Positions 30,913 through 43,850 of a stretch of 64,000 nucleotides of DNA are shown piece after piece. The DNA is taken from assembly GCF_003334355.1 (NCBI RefSeq), contig NZ_QOWP01000020.1, one strand, 5' to 3'. Both the position numbers and the translations under genes were made by a program. The notes beneath the pieces were generated by a model. It did no database searches and was not told the origin of the DNA. It was given only the letters and a program-made list of their open reading frames with translations. Numbering within the stretch: the stretch's first letter is position 1; each line of letters opens with the position of its first letter. This stretch comes from Escherichia coli (lineage in GTDB: Bacteria; Pseudomonadota; Gammaproteobacteria; Enterobacterales; Enterobacteriaceae).

Positions 30913-32526
30913 TCAATGCTTCACAATATACATAGTCCGACTGTACGCCACATCTTCAGGATTATTAATGGGATAACCTTTCAGCCACGGCTTGATTAAT
31001 CGTCCATTGGTATATTGATAAATTGGTGCAATCGGTGCTTGCTCCATGAGGATTTTTTCTGCCGCGTTGTAATCGGCATTACGCGCTTTAACGGTATTTT
31101 CCGTCGATGCCTGGGCCAGAACTTTGTCATATGCCGGATTGTTAAAGCGTGAAATATTTCCTGAATGCGTTGACGTTAATAATGTCAGGAAAGTGGAGGG
31201 TTCATTATAATCCCCCACCCACGAGGCGCGGATAACATCAAAATTGCCGGTGTTACGGCTATCGATATAGGTTTTCCATTCCTGATTTTGCAATTTAACA
31301 TCTACGCCAAGGTTCTTTTTCCACATCGATGCTACAGCAATCGCAATTTTTTGATGGTTTTCTGAAGTGTTATACAAAAGCGTCAGCTTCAGCGGTTTTT
31401 GCGGACCATAACCAGCTGCGCTCAACAAAGTTTTTGCCTGCGCATTCAGTTCTTCCTGACTCATTTGTTCAAACGGCGAAGGTTCCGGCGTAAATCCCGC
31501 GGTAACATCTGGTGTAAAATGCCACGCTGGCTTTTCGCCCGTCCCTAATACTTTTTCGGTCATCAGGCGGCGATCTATCGTCATACTTAATGCCAGACGA
31601 ACGCGCTGATCTGCCGTCGGCCCTTTTTGCGTGTTAAACGCATAATAATAGGTCCCGAGCTGCGGCGGCGTATAAACCTGCCCCGGAATATCCTTCAACA
31701 GCTTCTGATACATATTTTTCGGGAAGGATTCGGTGATATCAATATCCCCCGCGAGGTAACGCTTAGTGGCTGCGGATTCCTGATTAATTGGCAGGAAGGT
31801 CACTTTTTGCAGTACCGTTTTGGCGTTATCCCAATAATGGGTATTCGGTACCACGACCAGTTTTTCATTGACTACGCGCTCTTTAAGAACATAAGCGCCA
31901 TTGCCGATCAGATTTCCGGGTTTCGTCCACTCTTTACCGCTTTCTACGTTGGCTTTTTGCACCGGGAAGAAGGCAAAGTTAGCGGTTAAATTCACAAACC
32001 ACGGCAACGGTTTATCAAGCTGAATTTTCAAAGTATGGGCATCAACTGCGGTGACGCCAAGCTGGTCAGGCGTAGCTTTACCATCAATAATCGCCTGTGC
32101 GTTGTTGATTCCCGCCAGCGCGGCAAACCATGCAAATGGCGACAATGTTTTTGGGTCCACCAGACGTTGCCAGCTGTAGACAAAATCTTGCGCCGTTACC
32201 GGTGTGCCATCCGCCCATTTTGCGTTATCGCGCAGGGTAAAAGTCCAGATACGGTTGTCATTACTTTTCCACTGAGTCGCAACGCCGGGGACAATCTCCC
32301 CTTTTTCGTTCTGATTCACCAGACCTTCAAACAGATCGCGAATGACCTGAATCTCTGGCAGGCCCACGGCTTTAGCGGGATCCAGCGACGCAGGCTCATC
32401 TTTAATGTGGCGCACCAGCTCCTGCTTCTCTGCCAGTACTGTGCCGCTCGGAACTTCTGCAGCATACGAAAGAGAAATGCTGCTGACCAACAGCGCACAA
32501 CACGTGACTGAAACAGAGTGCTTCAT
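30913..32526 (-). CDS. mppA: Periplasmic murein tripeptide-binding protein MppA
   Basis: 537-aa product from MKHSVSV. Confidence 0.9.
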   Translation of the reverse strand: MKHSVSVTCCALLVSSISLSYAAEVPSGTVLAEKQELVRHIKDEPASLDPAKAVGLPEIQVIRDLFEGLVNQNEKGEIVPGVATQWKSNDNRIWTFTLRDNAKWADGTPVTAQDFVYSWQRLVDPKTLSPFAWFAALAGINNAQAIIDGKATPDQLGVTAVDAHTLKIQLDKPLPWFVNLTANFAFFPVQKANVESGKEWTKPGNLIGNGAYVLKERVVNEKLVVVPNTHYWDNAKTVLQKVTFLPINQESAATKRYLAGDIDITESFPKNMYQKLLKDIPGQVYTPPQLGTYYYAFNTQKGPTADQRVRLALSMTIDRRLMTEKVLGTGEKPAWHFTPDVTAGFTPEPSPFEQMSQEELNAQAKTLLSAAGYGPQKPLKLTLLYNTSENHQKIAIAVASMWKKNLGVDVKLQNQEWKTYIDSRNTGNFDVIRASWVGDYNEPSTFLTLLTSTHSGNISRFNNPAYDKVLAQASTENTVKARNADYNAAEKILMEQAPIAPIYQYTNGRLIKPWLKGYPINNPEDVAYSRTMYIVKH

Positions 32527-32862
32527 AAGTTTCCCTCTAACCGACATTAAAATTGATGCGTAATTATTTGTTTCGCCTTAAAGAAATGCAAACAACTTCC
32601 ATCAAAAAAGTGACAAAGGAAGCATCAAATGTTTTAAGTATCAATATATCAAATCAGATTTAGTGTAAATAATAGTCTCCAAAATGCGGTAAAGCACATA
32701 GAACTCCGAACACTACGTTCGGGCTTCGCACGTTCAAACCCGTTTTCGGTATCATAATCAGCATCTGTCGCCATTGTACGAAGAATAAAAAATGACCAAA
32801 ACGTTGAAAGGAACTGAGAATACGTTAAGAGAAGAATTAAATTAATGTATCAGCAAGTAGTG

Positions 32863-33762
32863 CTAAACAGCACCTTTATACTTCAGCCTATCTATAAATA
32901 ATGAGAATGCCGAGCCAGCATGTCGACGGTGTGGATAGTACAGGTGATAACCGGGTAAATCTGGTGTGAATTTATCCAAAACACGTATCAGTTTTTTTTC
33001 TTTAATAGCCCGCTCAACCTGATCATAAGGTAGATACGCCAATCCATGCCCATCAATTGCAGCATCAATGATCAGGTCTATCGTATTCAGTAAAAGCTGA
33101 CCTTCCATGCGAACACGAACTTCACGTCCACCGCGTATTAATCTCCAGCGATTTGCTGTACCCGATGTGGGAAGATACAAATTAATTGCCTGATGATCTA
33201 TTAATTGTGACACTGACGTTGGAACACTTCGGCGAGAAAAATAATCCGGTGAGCCAACAATAGCCATTGGTATATCTGGCCCGATTCGAATGGCGATCAT
33301 ATCTTTATCCATCTCCCCACCCAGACGGACGCCTGCATCAAAACGTTCAGAAACGACATCGGTCAAACCATAATCAATGGTGAGCTGAATATCAATTTCA
33401 GGATGCGATTTCAGGAATGTGCGCATTGCTGGTAACAATATCGTTTTTGCTGCATGTTCTACAGTAGTAATACGTATTGTCCCGGATGGGCGGTTCTGCA
33501 GATCGCTCAGGGATGCCATGGCTGAATCTATGTCATGCAACATAGGGCCAAGAACAGACAAAAGATGCTCGCCCGCTTCAGTTGGAACAACGCTGCGCGT
33601 GGTTCGCGTCAGAAGCCGCAATCCCAATCGTTCTTCTATACGACGCACTATCTGGCTTAAAGCTGACTGCGCCATGCTCAGGCGGGCTGCTGCACGAGTG
33701 AAGCTACGCTCCTCTGCAACGACGACAAACGCCATCAGATCAGCGATTTCTTCACGCTTCAT
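32863..33762 (-). CDS. pgrR: LysR-type regulator PgrR (YcjZ)
   Basis: 299 aa. Confidence 0.85.
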   Translation of the reverse strand: MKREEIADLMAFVVVAEERSFTRAAARLSMAQSALSQIVRRIEERLGLRLLTRTTRSVVPTEAGEHLLSVLGPMLHDIDSAMASLSDLQNRPSGTIRITTVEHAAKTILLPAMRTFLKSHPEIDIQLTIDYGLTDVVSERFDAGVRLGGEMDKDMIAIRIGPDIPMAIVGSPDYFSRRSVPTSVSQLIDHQAINLYLPTSGTANRWRLIRGGREVRVRMEGQLLLNTIDLIIDAAIDGHGLAYLPYDQVERAIKEKKLIRVLDKFTPDLPGYHLYYPHRRHAGSAFSLFIDRLKYKGAV

Positions 33763-33899
33763 TCAGTATCTCCATGCAATCTATTAATCATTTAAATGAT
33801 AGGTCTAATCATGATTTTGGGTCTAATCAACTTAATGATCAATATCTATAGTGATATCACCAACCGTTAAAACGAACCGACAACTCCATGAGGAACGGA

Positions 33900-34820
33900 A
33901 TGATGAATAATAAAGTCAGCTTCACTAACAGCAATAATCCAACCATCTCTTTGTCTGCAGTGATCTATTTCCCTCCAAAATTTGATGAAACCCGTCAGTA
34001 TCAGGCAATTGTGTTATCTCACCCAGGTGGGGGCGTTAAAGAACAAACGGCCGGAACCTATGCCAAAAAACTGGCGGAAAAGGGATTTGTCACTATTGCT
34101 TATGACGCATCTTATCAAGGTGAAAGTGGCGGCGAGCCGCGTCAGTTAGAAAACCCATACATTCGTACTGAAGACATCAGTGCCGTGATTGATTACCTGA
34201 CAACGCTTTCTTATGTCGACAATACCCGAATTGGTGCGATGGGAATTTGTGCCGGTGCAGGATATACAGCCAATGCTGCAATTCAGGATCGCCGCATCAA
34301 GGCCATCGGTACCGTTAGTGCGGTCAATATTGGTTCGATATTCCGTAATGGTTGGGAAAACAATGTGAAATCTATTGATGCCCTGCCATACGTTGAAGCG
34401 GGTTCAAACGCCAGAACCAGCGATATTAGCAGCGGAGAATACGCCATTATGCCACTGGCACCAATGAAGGAGTCCGATGCGCCGAACGAAGAACTGCGTC
34501 AGGCCTGGGAGTATTACCACACCCCTCGCGCGCAGTATCCAACAGCACCGGGTTACGCTACTTTGCGCAGCCTTAACCAGATTATTACCTATGATGCTTA
34601 CCATATGGCGGAAGTGTACCTGACTCAGCCGACGCAGATTGTGGCGGGCAGCCAGGCAGGGAGCAAATGGATGAGTGACGACCTGTACGATCGAGCATCA
34701 AGCCAGGATAAACGCTATCACATTGTTGAAGGCGCAAACCATATGGATCTTTATGACGGCAAAGCCTATGTGGCTGAAGCAATTTCAGTATTAGCTCCGT
34801 TCTTTGAGGAAACTCTGTAA
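33900..34820 (+). CDS. ycjY: Alpha/beta-hydrolase YcjY
   Basis: 306-aa product; start inferred by length match. Confidence 0.8.
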   Translation: MMNNKVSFTNSNNPTISLSAVIYFPPKFDETRQYQAIVLSHPGGGVKEQTAGTYAKKLAEKGFVTIAYDASYQGESGGEPRQLENPYIRTEDISAVIDYLTTLSYVDNTRIGAMGICAGAGYTANAAIQDRRIKAIGTVSAVNIGSIFRNGWENNVKSIDALPYVEAGSNARTSDISSGEYAIMPLAPMKESDAPNEELRQAWEYYHTPRAQYPTAPGYATLRSLNQIITYDAYHMAEVYLTQPTQIVAGSQAGSKWMSDDLYDRASSQDKRYHIVEGANHMDLYDGKAYVAEAISVLAPFFEETL

Positions 34821-34890
34821 TGAAACATATTCAAATCCGCAATAGTGATATGGCCTGGCATATTGCTGCCAATAATCTGGGATAATTTTC

Positions 34891-35073
34891 ATGAAAAATG
34901 TACTGATTCTTGGTGCTGGCGGTCAGATAGCCCGCCATGTGATTAATCAACTGGCAGATAAGCAAACCATTAAACAAACTTTATTTGCCCGTCAGCCAGC
35001 AAAAATCCACAAACCCTATCCAACTAATAAAATGCAAACAACTTCCGGCAAAAAAGTGATACAAGATCGATGA
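34891..35073 (+). pseudogene. Short ORF resembling the N-terminal Rossmann (GAGGQIA) fragment of an NAD(P)-binding protein; likely gene remnant (ymjC-like)
   Basis: 60 aa, MKNVLILGAGGQIARHVINQLADKQ..., terminates after about 60 codons. Confidence 0.4.
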
Positions 35074-35154
35074 CATAGCGTTGAAGAAAAGGATTTGATA
35101 ATCCGCAAAATTTGCACAACACTGCCTGTAATACTTCCTGAACCAGAGACGATC

Positions 35155-35857
35155 ATGACCGTAACCCGCCCACGCGCCGAACGCGGCGCATTTCCGCCCG
35201 GAACAGAACATTACGGACGTTCATTATTGGGCGCGCCGTTAATCTGGTTTCCTGCCCCTGCAGCCAGCCGCGAAAGTGGTTTGATTCTGGCTGGCACTCA
35301 CGGTGATGAAAACTCTTCGGTCGTCACGCTCTCCTGTGCTCTGCGGACGTTGACACCTTCTTTGCGCCGTCATCATGTGGTGCTGTGTGTGAATCCTGAC
35401 GGCTGCCAGTTGGGGTTACGGGCCAATGCTAATGGTGTGGATTTAAACAGAAACTTTCCGGCGGCGAACTGGAAGGAAGGTGAAACCGTTTATCGCTGGA
35501 ACAGCGCCGCTGAAGAACGCGATGTCGTATTACTGACAGGTGACAAACCTGGCTCCGAACCTGAAACCCAGGCGCTGTGCCAGCTTATACACCGCATTCA
35601 ACCTGCCTGGGTGGTCTCATTCCACGATCCACTGGCCTGTATTGAAGATCCCAGACACAGCGAATTAGGCGAATGGCTGGCTCAGGCGTTTGAATTGCCT
35701 CTGGTAACCAGCGTCGGTTATGAAACGCCTGGCTCTTTCGGCAGTTGGTGTGCAGATCTGAACTTGCATTGCATCACCGCAGAGTTTCCGCCCATCTCCT
35801 CCGACGAAGCCAGCGAAAAATATCTCTTTGCGATGGCAAACTTGCTGCGCTGGCATC

Positions 35858-35883
<26 letters not shown>
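35155..35883 (+). CDS. mpaA: Murein peptide amidase A (gamma-D-Glu-Dap amidase)
   Basis: 242-aa product from MTVTRPRAERGAFPPG. Confidence 0.9.
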
Positions 35884-36833
<950 letters not shown>

Positions 36834-36941
36834 TGTTGTCGCGGTGGTCTGCGGATTAAGCGCAAATAGCGTTTGCTGTGTTATTGACAGTTAGCATAAA
36901 CTAGGTGTGACGTTAACTATATGTAAACAGGAAAGATAATC

Positions 36942-37448
36942 ATGTCACAAACCGTTCATTTCCAGGGCAACCCGGTTACAGTCGCCAATTCCATCCCGCA
37001 GGCGGGTAGCAAAGCGCAGACTTTTACTCTCGTGGCAAAAGATCTGTCTGACGTCACCCTCGGTCAGTTTGCGGGTAAACGCAAAGTGCTGAACATTTTC
37101 CCGAGTATTGATACCGGTGTTTGCGCCGCATCAGTACGTAAGTTTAACCAACTGGCAACCGAGATCGACAACACCGTTGTGCTGTGTATCTCTGCCGATC
37201 TGCCGTTCGCCCAGTCTCGTTTCTGCGGCGCAGAAGGTCTGAACAACGTTATCACCCTCTCCACTTTCCGTAACGCTGAATTTCTGCAAGCCTACGGTGT
37301 GGCAATTGCTGATGGCCCACTGAAAGGTCTGGCAGCGCGTGCCGTTGTGGTTATTGACGAAAATGACAATGTGATTTTCAGCCAGCTGGTGGATGAAATC
37401 ACCACCGAGCCGGATTACGAAGCAGCTCTGGCTGTACTGAAAGCATAA
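36942..37448 (+). CDS. tpx: Thiol peroxidase Tpx
   Basis: 168 aa. Confidence 0.95.
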   Translation: MSQTVHFQGNPVTVANSIPQAGSKAQTFTLVAKDLSDVTLGQFAGKRKVLNIFPSIDTGVCAASVRKFNQLATEIDNTVVLCISADLPFAQSRFCGAEGLNNVITLSTFRNAEFLQAYGVAIADGPLKGLAARAVVVIDENDNVIFSQLVDEITTEPDYEAALAVLKA

Positions 37449-37452
37449 TTTA

Positions 37453-37487
37453 ATATGCCTGATGGTGTTGCACCATCAGGCATATTC
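37453..37487. terminator. Bidirectional terminator hairpin between convergent tpx and tyrR
   Basis: 16-bp perfect inverted repeat AATATGCCTGATGGTG / CACCATCAGGCATATT. Confidence 0.5.
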
Positions 37488-37491
37488 GCGC

Positions 37492-39033
37492 TTACTCTTC
37501 GTTCTTCTTCTGACTCAGACCATATTCCCGCAACTTATTGGCAATCGCGGTATGTGAAACGCCGAGACGTTTTGCCAGTTTGCGCGTGCTGGGATAATTG
37601 CGATAAAGCTGGGTTAATACCGAGCGTTCAAAACGGCTGGTGATTTCGTCCAGCGAACCTTCCATCGCATCTTCGCCCACGGCTACCGTTGCGGCGTCAT
37701 AATCCGGCAACAAAATATCCTGTGGACGCAGCTCATAACCGTCCAGTTGTGTCAGTGCGCGATAGATAGCGTTCTTTAACTGCCGCACATTTCCCGGCCA
37801 CGCATAACGCGTAAGTACAGTATTCAGGTCAGCGGCCAGTTTCGGACGCGGCACGCCCTGCTCGTCGGCAAAGCGGGCGACGAACAGCTCAGTTAACGGC
37901 ATGATGTCCTGCGGACAGTCACGTAGCGGTGGCAGATTGAGCGTCAACACGTTCAGACGATAATAGAGATCTTCACGGAACATGCCTTTTTGCACCAGTT
38001 CGACCAGATTCTTCTGCGTAGCGCAAATCACCCGCACATCGACATGCACCTCATGGTCTTCGCCAACCCGACGGAAAGTGCCATCATTAAGGAAACGCAG
38101 TAATTTCGCCTGCATCCGTGGTGACATTTCCCCTATTTCATCCAACAGCACCGAACCACCGTTCGCCTGCTCAAAGAATCCTTTCTTCCCTTCCGGAGCA
38201 TGACCAAACAGTTCACTCTCGACCGCATCTTCCGGTATAGACGCACAGTTCAGCGCCAGGTAAGGTTTGCCCGCTCTGGGGCTTGCCTGATGGCAGGCGT
38301 AGGCAAAGAGATCTTTACCTGTACCTGTGTCACCCGTAATCAGCAGCGGCGCGCTTAGCATCGCCAGTTTCTGCGCCTGTTCGACAACATGCTTCATTTT
38401 CGGGCTGACGGCGACAATTTGACTGAAGGCGCTGACGTCCTGGGCGGCGACATTTTGCAACTGGCGGCCCATACGAATCGTTGATCGCAACATCACCACC
38501 GCACCGGTCAGGACGTGTTGATCATTTTCATCCTGAAGATAAACAGGCGTAATCTCCATCAGGAAATTCTGCCCATTAATAACGACATGCTCGTTATGCG
38601 AATCTTGCGGTTCGCTTTCCAGCCAACGTAAAAAATTAAAGCCGTTAATCAATTGTGCGGCGGTATGGTTGCGCAGGCGATCCAATTTTTGCCCAAAAAG
38701 CTGACAGCTCGCCGGGTTCGCCATATCCACTTTGCTTTTCATATCGACAGAGAGCACAGGTTCAGGCAACGCCTCCAGTAACGCGCTCAACGCCAGATGC
38801 TCACGTTCGGAAGGCATCCACGGGACAGTACGCACATCGGTAACACCCGCAATACGGCGTATTTCGGCCATCAGACTGCTGAAACTCTCAAACTCCAGTT
38901 CAGCAAAATTGAGGTAGATTCGCCCAATGGGATCAATCTCAATACCGCGTAAATCAATGCCTCTTAGCACGAGTAGATCGAGTAATTCGCGGGTCAGACC
39001 GAGTCGGTCTTCACAAAAGACTTCCAGACGCAT
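37492..39033 (-). CDS. tyrR: Transcriptional regulator TyrR
   Basis: 513-aa product from MRLEVFCEDRLG; sigma-54-type AAA+ central domain and C-terminal HTH. Confidence 0.95.
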   Translation of the reverse strand: MRLEVFCEDRLGLTRELLDLLVLRGIDLRGIEIDPIGRIYLNFAELEFESFSSLMAEIRRIAGVTDVRTVPWMPSEREHLALSALLEALPEPVLSVDMKSKVDMANPASCQLFGQKLDRLRNHTAAQLINGFNFLRWLESEPQDSHNEHVVINGQNFLMEITPVYLQDENDQHVLTGAVVMLRSTIRMGRQLQNVAAQDVSAFSQIVAVSPKMKHVVEQAQKLAMLSAPLLITGDTGTGKDLFAYACHQASPRAGKPYLALNCASIPEDAVESELFGHAPEGKKGFFEQANGGSVLLDEIGEMSPRMQAKLLRFLNDGTFRRVGEDHEVHVDVRVICATQKNLVELVQKGMFREDLYYRLNVLTLNLPPLRDCPQDIMPLTELFVARFADEQGVPRPKLAADLNTVLTRYAWPGNVRQLKNAIYRALTQLDGYELRPQDILLPDYDAATVAVGEDAMEGSLDEITSRFERSVLTQLYRNYPSTRKLAKRLGVSHTAIANKLREYGLSQKKNEE

Positions 39034-39180
39034 GGGAACCTTCACCTGAAAAAAGAACAATTAATATGATGATATGACACTATTTGGATAGCAGGAAGGT
39101 TTCTGTCAACAATCATTGACACAAAGACGGAAAAACGGGCACTTCGGCGTAAAGATATCCGGTCAGCACCCGATATTGCA

Positions 39181-40242
39181 TTATTTTTCGCTGGGCGTTT
39201 TGCCTTTTTGCAGCGTTTCTTTCACCTGACCGATAAGCTGACGACGGAAATCCCCGAGGCGAGGTTTGTCATCGTCAATCCACGGCAGCGGGCGGCAAAG
39301 CTCCATAGCTTTAATCCCGAGTCGTGCCGTCAGAAGTCCTGCACCAATCCCCTGAGCTGCGCGGGTAGACAAACGAGCAGCGAGATCTTGCGACATCCAG
39401 TCCATCCCCACTTCGCGCACCAGTTCGCTGGCTCCGGCAAAAGCGATATTCAGCAATACCAGCTTAAACAGACGCAAACGGCTGTAATACCCCAGTTCAA
39501 TGCCATACAGCGTGGCGATGCGATTAATTAAACGCAGATTGCGCCAGGCGATAAACGCCATATCGACCAACGCCAGCGGGCTGACCGCAATCATCAACGT
39601 TGATTCCGCCGCCGAACGGCTGATTTCGCGCCGCGCCTGGGCATCTAAAACTGGCTGGACCAAATGCGCATACAGGCTGACCACTTCACGGTCGTTTTGC
39701 GTTTCATGGATTGAGGCATACCAGCGTTGCAGCGCCGGATGCGACTGATCAATACCCGCCTGCTGCGCCAGTTTTTCGCAAAATGCGCGGCCTTTGCCCG
39801 TGCCGTGGCTATGCAATAAATCACGCGCTTCGTCGCGTTCATGGGCGCGCTGTCGCAAGCGCCATAAGCGCCGCCACTCTGTTACCACAGAACCTACGCC
39901 AGCGCCGATAATCAATGCCCCAGCGGCACATCCACCCAGCGCCACCCAGTCCTGGGTTTGCCAGGCATTCATTGTCCACTGTACACCCTGCCCGACAACG
40001 CTTGCGCCAAACAGAGCCAGCCCGCCCATCACCATTTTGCGCCACAGGCTGCGTTTCGGACGTAACGCTGCGTCCATTACCGCTTCGACTTGCCCCTCTT
40101 CTTCCTGCGCTTCGTCGAGCGTGGCCGGGGCAAAATTTTGCGCCTGATTTTCGTCAAAGGTCTGCTGCGCCCTGAATTTAGGATTCTGATCGACCTCCAG
40201 AGGACCGTCGAAATCAATACGTGGTTTTAACGGTTCGGTCAT
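39181..40242 (-). CDS. ycjF: UPF0283 membrane protein YcjF
   Basis: 353 aa; overlaps ycjX by 4 bp. Confidence 0.9.
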   Translation of the reverse strand: MTEPLKPRIDFDGPLEVDQNPKFRAQQTFDENQAQNFAPATLDEAQEEEGQVEAVMDAALRPKRSLWRKMVMGGLALFGASVVGQGVQWTMNAWQTQDWVALGGCAAGALIIGAGVGSVVTEWRRLWRLRQRAHERDEARDLLHSHGTGKGRAFCEKLAQQAGIDQSHPALQRWYASIHETQNDREVVSLYAHLVQPVLDAQARREISRSAAESTLMIAVSPLALVDMAFIAWRNLRLINRIATLYGIELGYYSRLRLFKLVLLNIAFAGASELVREVGMDWMSQDLAARLSTRAAQGIGAGLLTARLGIKAMELCRPLPWIDDDKPRLGDFRRQLIGQVKETLQKGKTPSEK

Positions 40243-41636
40243 CGCAATTTATCTCCTATTAAAAATTCCAGCGCAGCATCAAGACGAATATGCGGTAGTG
40301 GTTTGTCGACATCCATCACCTGCGGACGAAATGCCTCAAACTGGAAGCCTTGCTTATCCCAGAACGCCTGACCAGGCAAACGTGCGGGAACTTCGCCAGG
40401 ATAAACAGTGAGCGGTGCGCCATCGCTAAGTCGATTACCACGCAGCGCCGGGATTTTCTCACCGTTAACATCAATAATGCCGCTGGTGGTCGCCTGAACT
40501 GACGCCAGCCCCAGGCAGTCCATGCTGATCCCTTCGAACGCCGCATTTTGCCAGGCATCCTGAATCAGTTGTTGCAGTAATGAAACCATATTAGCGTGCT
40601 GATCGATGGTCACATGGTCCGCTTTAGTGGCAGCAAACAATAGCTTATCGATAACCGGCGAAAACAAACGCCGGAACAGGGTACGCTGCCCGTAGTGAAA
40701 ACTTTGCATCAGCTGCGTCAGTGCCAGACGCATATCATTAAATGCCTGTGGCCCACTGTTGAGAGGTTGCAGGCAATCCACCAGCACAATCTGGCGGTCA
40801 AAGCGCAGAAAATGATTCTTATAGAACCCCTTCACCACCTTCTCGCAGTAATAATTAAAGCGCTCGCGCAGCATTCCGGCATTGGTATGCTTATCGGCCT
40901 GCGCCAGTTTGGACTCGCCCCAGGTATCGACATCCGGCCACGGGAAGAATTGCAGCGCGGGCGCACCTGCCATATCTCCCGGCAAGACAAAGCGCCCAGG
41001 CTGAATAAAGTGCAGCCCCTGCTGTTTACAGTGGTGGAGATAATCGGTCCACGCGGCGGCAATGTCCGCCAGCCGGTTTTCGTCGGCAGGCGCTAGCGGG
41101 TCCAGCCCTTCGCTCATCATTCGCCATTTCGCCGACCATTCTCCGCGCTGACCATTGAGTAAGCCCGTCATCTGGCGCGACCAGCTTAAATAGTCCTGCG
41201 CCAGCATCGGCAGGTCGAGCAACCATTCGCCGGGATAATCCACAATTTCCAGATACAGCGTGGAGGTATCCTTAAAGTGGCGTAGCAGCGAATCATTCGA
41301 TTTAAAACGTAGCGCCAGGCGGATTTCACTGACGCCGCGCGTTGGCGTTGGCCAGGCGGGTGGATCGCCATATAACTGCGCCAGCCCTTCGTCATAGGTG
41401 AAGCGCGGAATGCCAAAGTCACGCTGGGGAATGCGTTTCACGCCCAGCAGGCGCTCTTCACGCACCGCACTTAACAGCGGCAAACGTGCTCCGGCGTGAA
41501 TATTAAGCAATTGATTAACCATCGCGGTGATAAACGCTGTTTTGCCGCTGCGGCTAAGTCCGGTTACAGCGAGGCGCAGATGTCTGTCGACACCCCGATT
41601 CACCAGCGCATTGAGTTCATTTTTAAGTCGCTTCAT
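40239..41636 (-). CDS. ycjX: P-loop NTPase YcjX
   Basis: 465 aa; Walker A motif GLSRSGKT. Confidence 0.9.
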   Translation of the reverse strand: MKRLKNELNALVNRGVDRHLRLAVTGLSRSGKTAFITAMVNQLLNIHAGARLPLLSAVREERLLGVKRIPQRDFGIPRFTYDEGLAQLYGDPPAWPTPTRGVSEIRLALRFKSNDSLLRHFKDTSTLYLEIVDYPGEWLLDLPMLAQDYLSWSRQMTGLLNGQRGEWSAKWRMMSEGLDPLAPADENRLADIAAAWTDYLHHCKQQGLHFIQPGRFVLPGDMAGAPALQFFPWPDVDTWGESKLAQADKHTNAGMLRERFNYYCEKVVKGFYKNHFLRFDRQIVLVDCLQPLNSGPQAFNDMRLALTQLMQSFHYGQRTLFRRLFSPVIDKLLFAATKADHVTIDQHANMVSLLQQLIQDAWQNAAFEGISMDCLGLASVQATTSGIIDVNGEKIPALRGNRLSDGAPLTVYPGEVPARLPGQAFWDKQGFQFEAFRPQVMDVDKPLPHIRLDAALEFLIGDKLR

Positions 41637-41791
41637 TGCTGTCCTGTGCTGCTCTGAAGACCAGAAAAAAAATCATTCGTAAGGATATGAATGTGGGGGC
41701 CAGGCCATTGATTATCAACTGCCCGTGTTGTCATCGACCGGCGAACTCCATAAGATGTGCAGCATTCACGTTCGGACGGAGTTCCTGACCT

Positions 41792-42790
41792 ATGTCCCCT
41801 ACTATTTATGATATTGCCAGGGTTGCAGGCGTATCAAAATCCACCGTATCACGCGTGCTGAATAAGCAAACTAATATCTCCCCGGAAGCGCGCGAAAAAG
41901 TGTTACGGGCCATTGAAGAATTACAGTATCAGCCAAACAAGCTGGCCCGCGCACTGACCTCTTCGGGTTTTGATGCCATTATGGTGATTTCTACCCGTTC
42001 GACCAAAACTACGGCGGGTAATCCGTTTTTCTCTGAAGTTTTGCATGCCATCACCGCCAAAGCTGAAGAAGAAGGTTTCGACGTGATATTACAAACGTCG
42101 CACAATCCGGCAGAAGATCTGCAAAAATGCGAAAGCAAAATTAAGCAGAAAATGATTAAAGGCATTATTATGCTCAGTTCGCCAGCGGATGAGTCATTTT
42201 TTGCCCAACTCGATAAATATGATATTCCGGTGGTGGTGATTGGCAAAGTTGAAGGTCAATATGCCCATGTTTATTCTGTCGATACCGATAATTTTGGCGA
42301 CAGCATTGCGTTGACCGATGCATTAATTGAAAGTGGGCATCAAAATATTGCCTGCCTGCATGCTCCGCTTGATGTCCATGTTTCGGTTGATCGCGTTAAT
42401 GGTTATAAGCAGAGCCTGGCTGCGCATAATATTGCAGTGCGTGATGAATGGATTGTTGATGGCGGTTATACCCATGAAATTGCATTAAAAGCAGCACGGC
42501 AATTATTAAGCCAGTCACCGTTGCCTGAGGCGGTGTTTGCCACTGACAGCCTGAAATTAATGAGCATTTATCGTGCGGCAGCAGAGAAAAATATTGCTAT
42601 TCCGCAGCAGTTAGCGGTGGTGGGTTATAGCAATGAAACGCTGTCATTTATTTTAACGCCTGCACCGGGCGGCATCGATGTTCCGACGCAGGAGTTAGGT
42701 CAACAAAGCTGCGAGTTATTATTCAGCTTAATTTCTGGAAAACCGTCACCACAGAATATTACCGTTGCCACGCATATGACGCTGAAATAA
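41792..42790 (+). CDS. ycjW: LacI-family repressor YcjW
   Basis: 332 aa. Confidence 0.9.
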   Translation: MSPTIYDIARVAGVSKSTVSRVLNKQTNISPEAREKVLRAIEELQYQPNKLARALTSSGFDAIMVISTRSTKTTAGNPFFSEVLHAITAKAEEEGFDVILQTSHNPAEDLQKCESKIKQKMIKGIIMLSSPADESFFAQLDKYDIPVVVIGKVEGQYAHVYSVDTDNFGDSIALTDALIESGHQNIACLHAPLDVHVSVDRVNGYKQSLAAHNIAVRDEWIVDGGYTHEIALKAARQLLSQSPLPEAVFATDSLKLMSIYRAAAEKNIAIPQQLAVVGYSNETLSFILTPAPGGIDVPTQELGQQSCELLFSLISGKPSPQNITVATHMTLK

Positions 42791-42804
42791 ATACCAGCTA
42801 CCTT

Positions 42805-42888
42805 GCCTGAATGCCAGATGCGATGCTAGCGCATCTTATCCGGCCTACATTTATAGATCGGATAAAGTACTCGCGCCGCATCCGGCAA
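42805..42888. repeat. REP elements between ycjW and ompG
   Basis: GCCTGAATGCCAGATGCGATGCTAGCGCATCTTATCCGGCCTACA and CGGATAAAGTACTCGCGCCGCATCCGGCAA. Confidence 0.6.
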
Positions 42889-42900
42889 TTTAGCCCATTA

Positions 42901-43806
42901 TCAGAACGAGTAATTTACGCCGACACCTGCATAATGGAATTTATCACTGTCGCCTTCGTCGTGATCCTGCCACTCAAACGCGTATTCCAGCGAAACGGAA
43001 AGTCCGTTCTGGAAATCATAACCGTAAAATAAACCTACACGGTTAAAATCATGGCCTTCACGTTCAATATCATCCTGCCAGTCCCAGTTACTCCAGCGAT
43101 CCAGCCCAATGCGCGTATACGGCGTCACCGAGTGGTTGCCGAGCGTCAGCGGCAAATAGGCGCGAATTTCTTGCGTGGAAAACTCACCGTTATTGCGGCT
43201 GTCGTCCATATTGAAGCCGCGCTCGAGATAATAGTTCACTCGCAAGGCAACCGTTTCGTTGAAGGTATATTGCAGACCTGTTTCCGTTTCGACACGGGTA
43301 TCAGCGTAACCGGTAGTGTTCAGATCGTTGGCAAATTTATACATCGACAACCAACCGTTGAAACGTAAATCGTCAGTCAGTTTCACATCCCAGTCTGGCG
43401 CGATTTTCCAGCGCTGCATATTCGCCGTGTCTTTACCCGGTTCATCAACGTAGTGATAACCATAATTACGGAAACCGCCGGTCAGGCCGAAACTGAAATC
43501 ATCGTTTTCGAGGAACTGATAATGCACCTCCAGCTCCGGGCGATCAAACCACGTTCCACGTTTACCCGCGCTATAATCTACCGGCCCTTCCTGATAATAG
43601 GCCAGAGCAATTCTCCACGGCCCGTTGGCGGCATTAAAATAGACTGAAGGCTCCGCCAGCCCATCCATATCTTCGCCATAACCCTCGACGTTTTCTATTT
43701 CGTACATCGCGCCGATATTAAAGTGCCAGTCGTTCCTTTCCTCGGCCTGTGCGCAGGCCATTCCCGCACACATCACCAGTGCGGTACAGGGTAATAACTT
43801 TTTCAT
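42901..43806 (-). CDS. ompG: Outer membrane porin OmpG
   Basis: 301 aa; signal peptide and C-terminal ...NYSF. Confidence 0.9.
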   Translation of the reverse strand: MKKLLPCTALVMCAGMACAQAEERNDWHFNIGAMYEIENVEGYGEDMDGLAEPSVYFNAANGPWRIALAYYQEGPVDYSAGKRGTWFDRPELEVHYQFLENDDFSFGLTGGFRNYGYHYVDEPGKDTANMQRWKIAPDWDVKLTDDLRFNGWLSMYKFANDLNTTGYADTRVETETGLQYTFNETVALRVNYYLERGFNMDDSRNNGEFSTQEIRAYLPLTLGNHSVTPYTRIGLDRWSNWDWQDDIEREGHDFNRVGLFYGYDFQNGLSVSLEYAFEWQDHDEGDSDKFHYAGVGVNYSF

Positions 43807-43850
43807 TATTGTTCCTTGTATTATCCTGGGGGAATGTCTTCCCCCTGTAT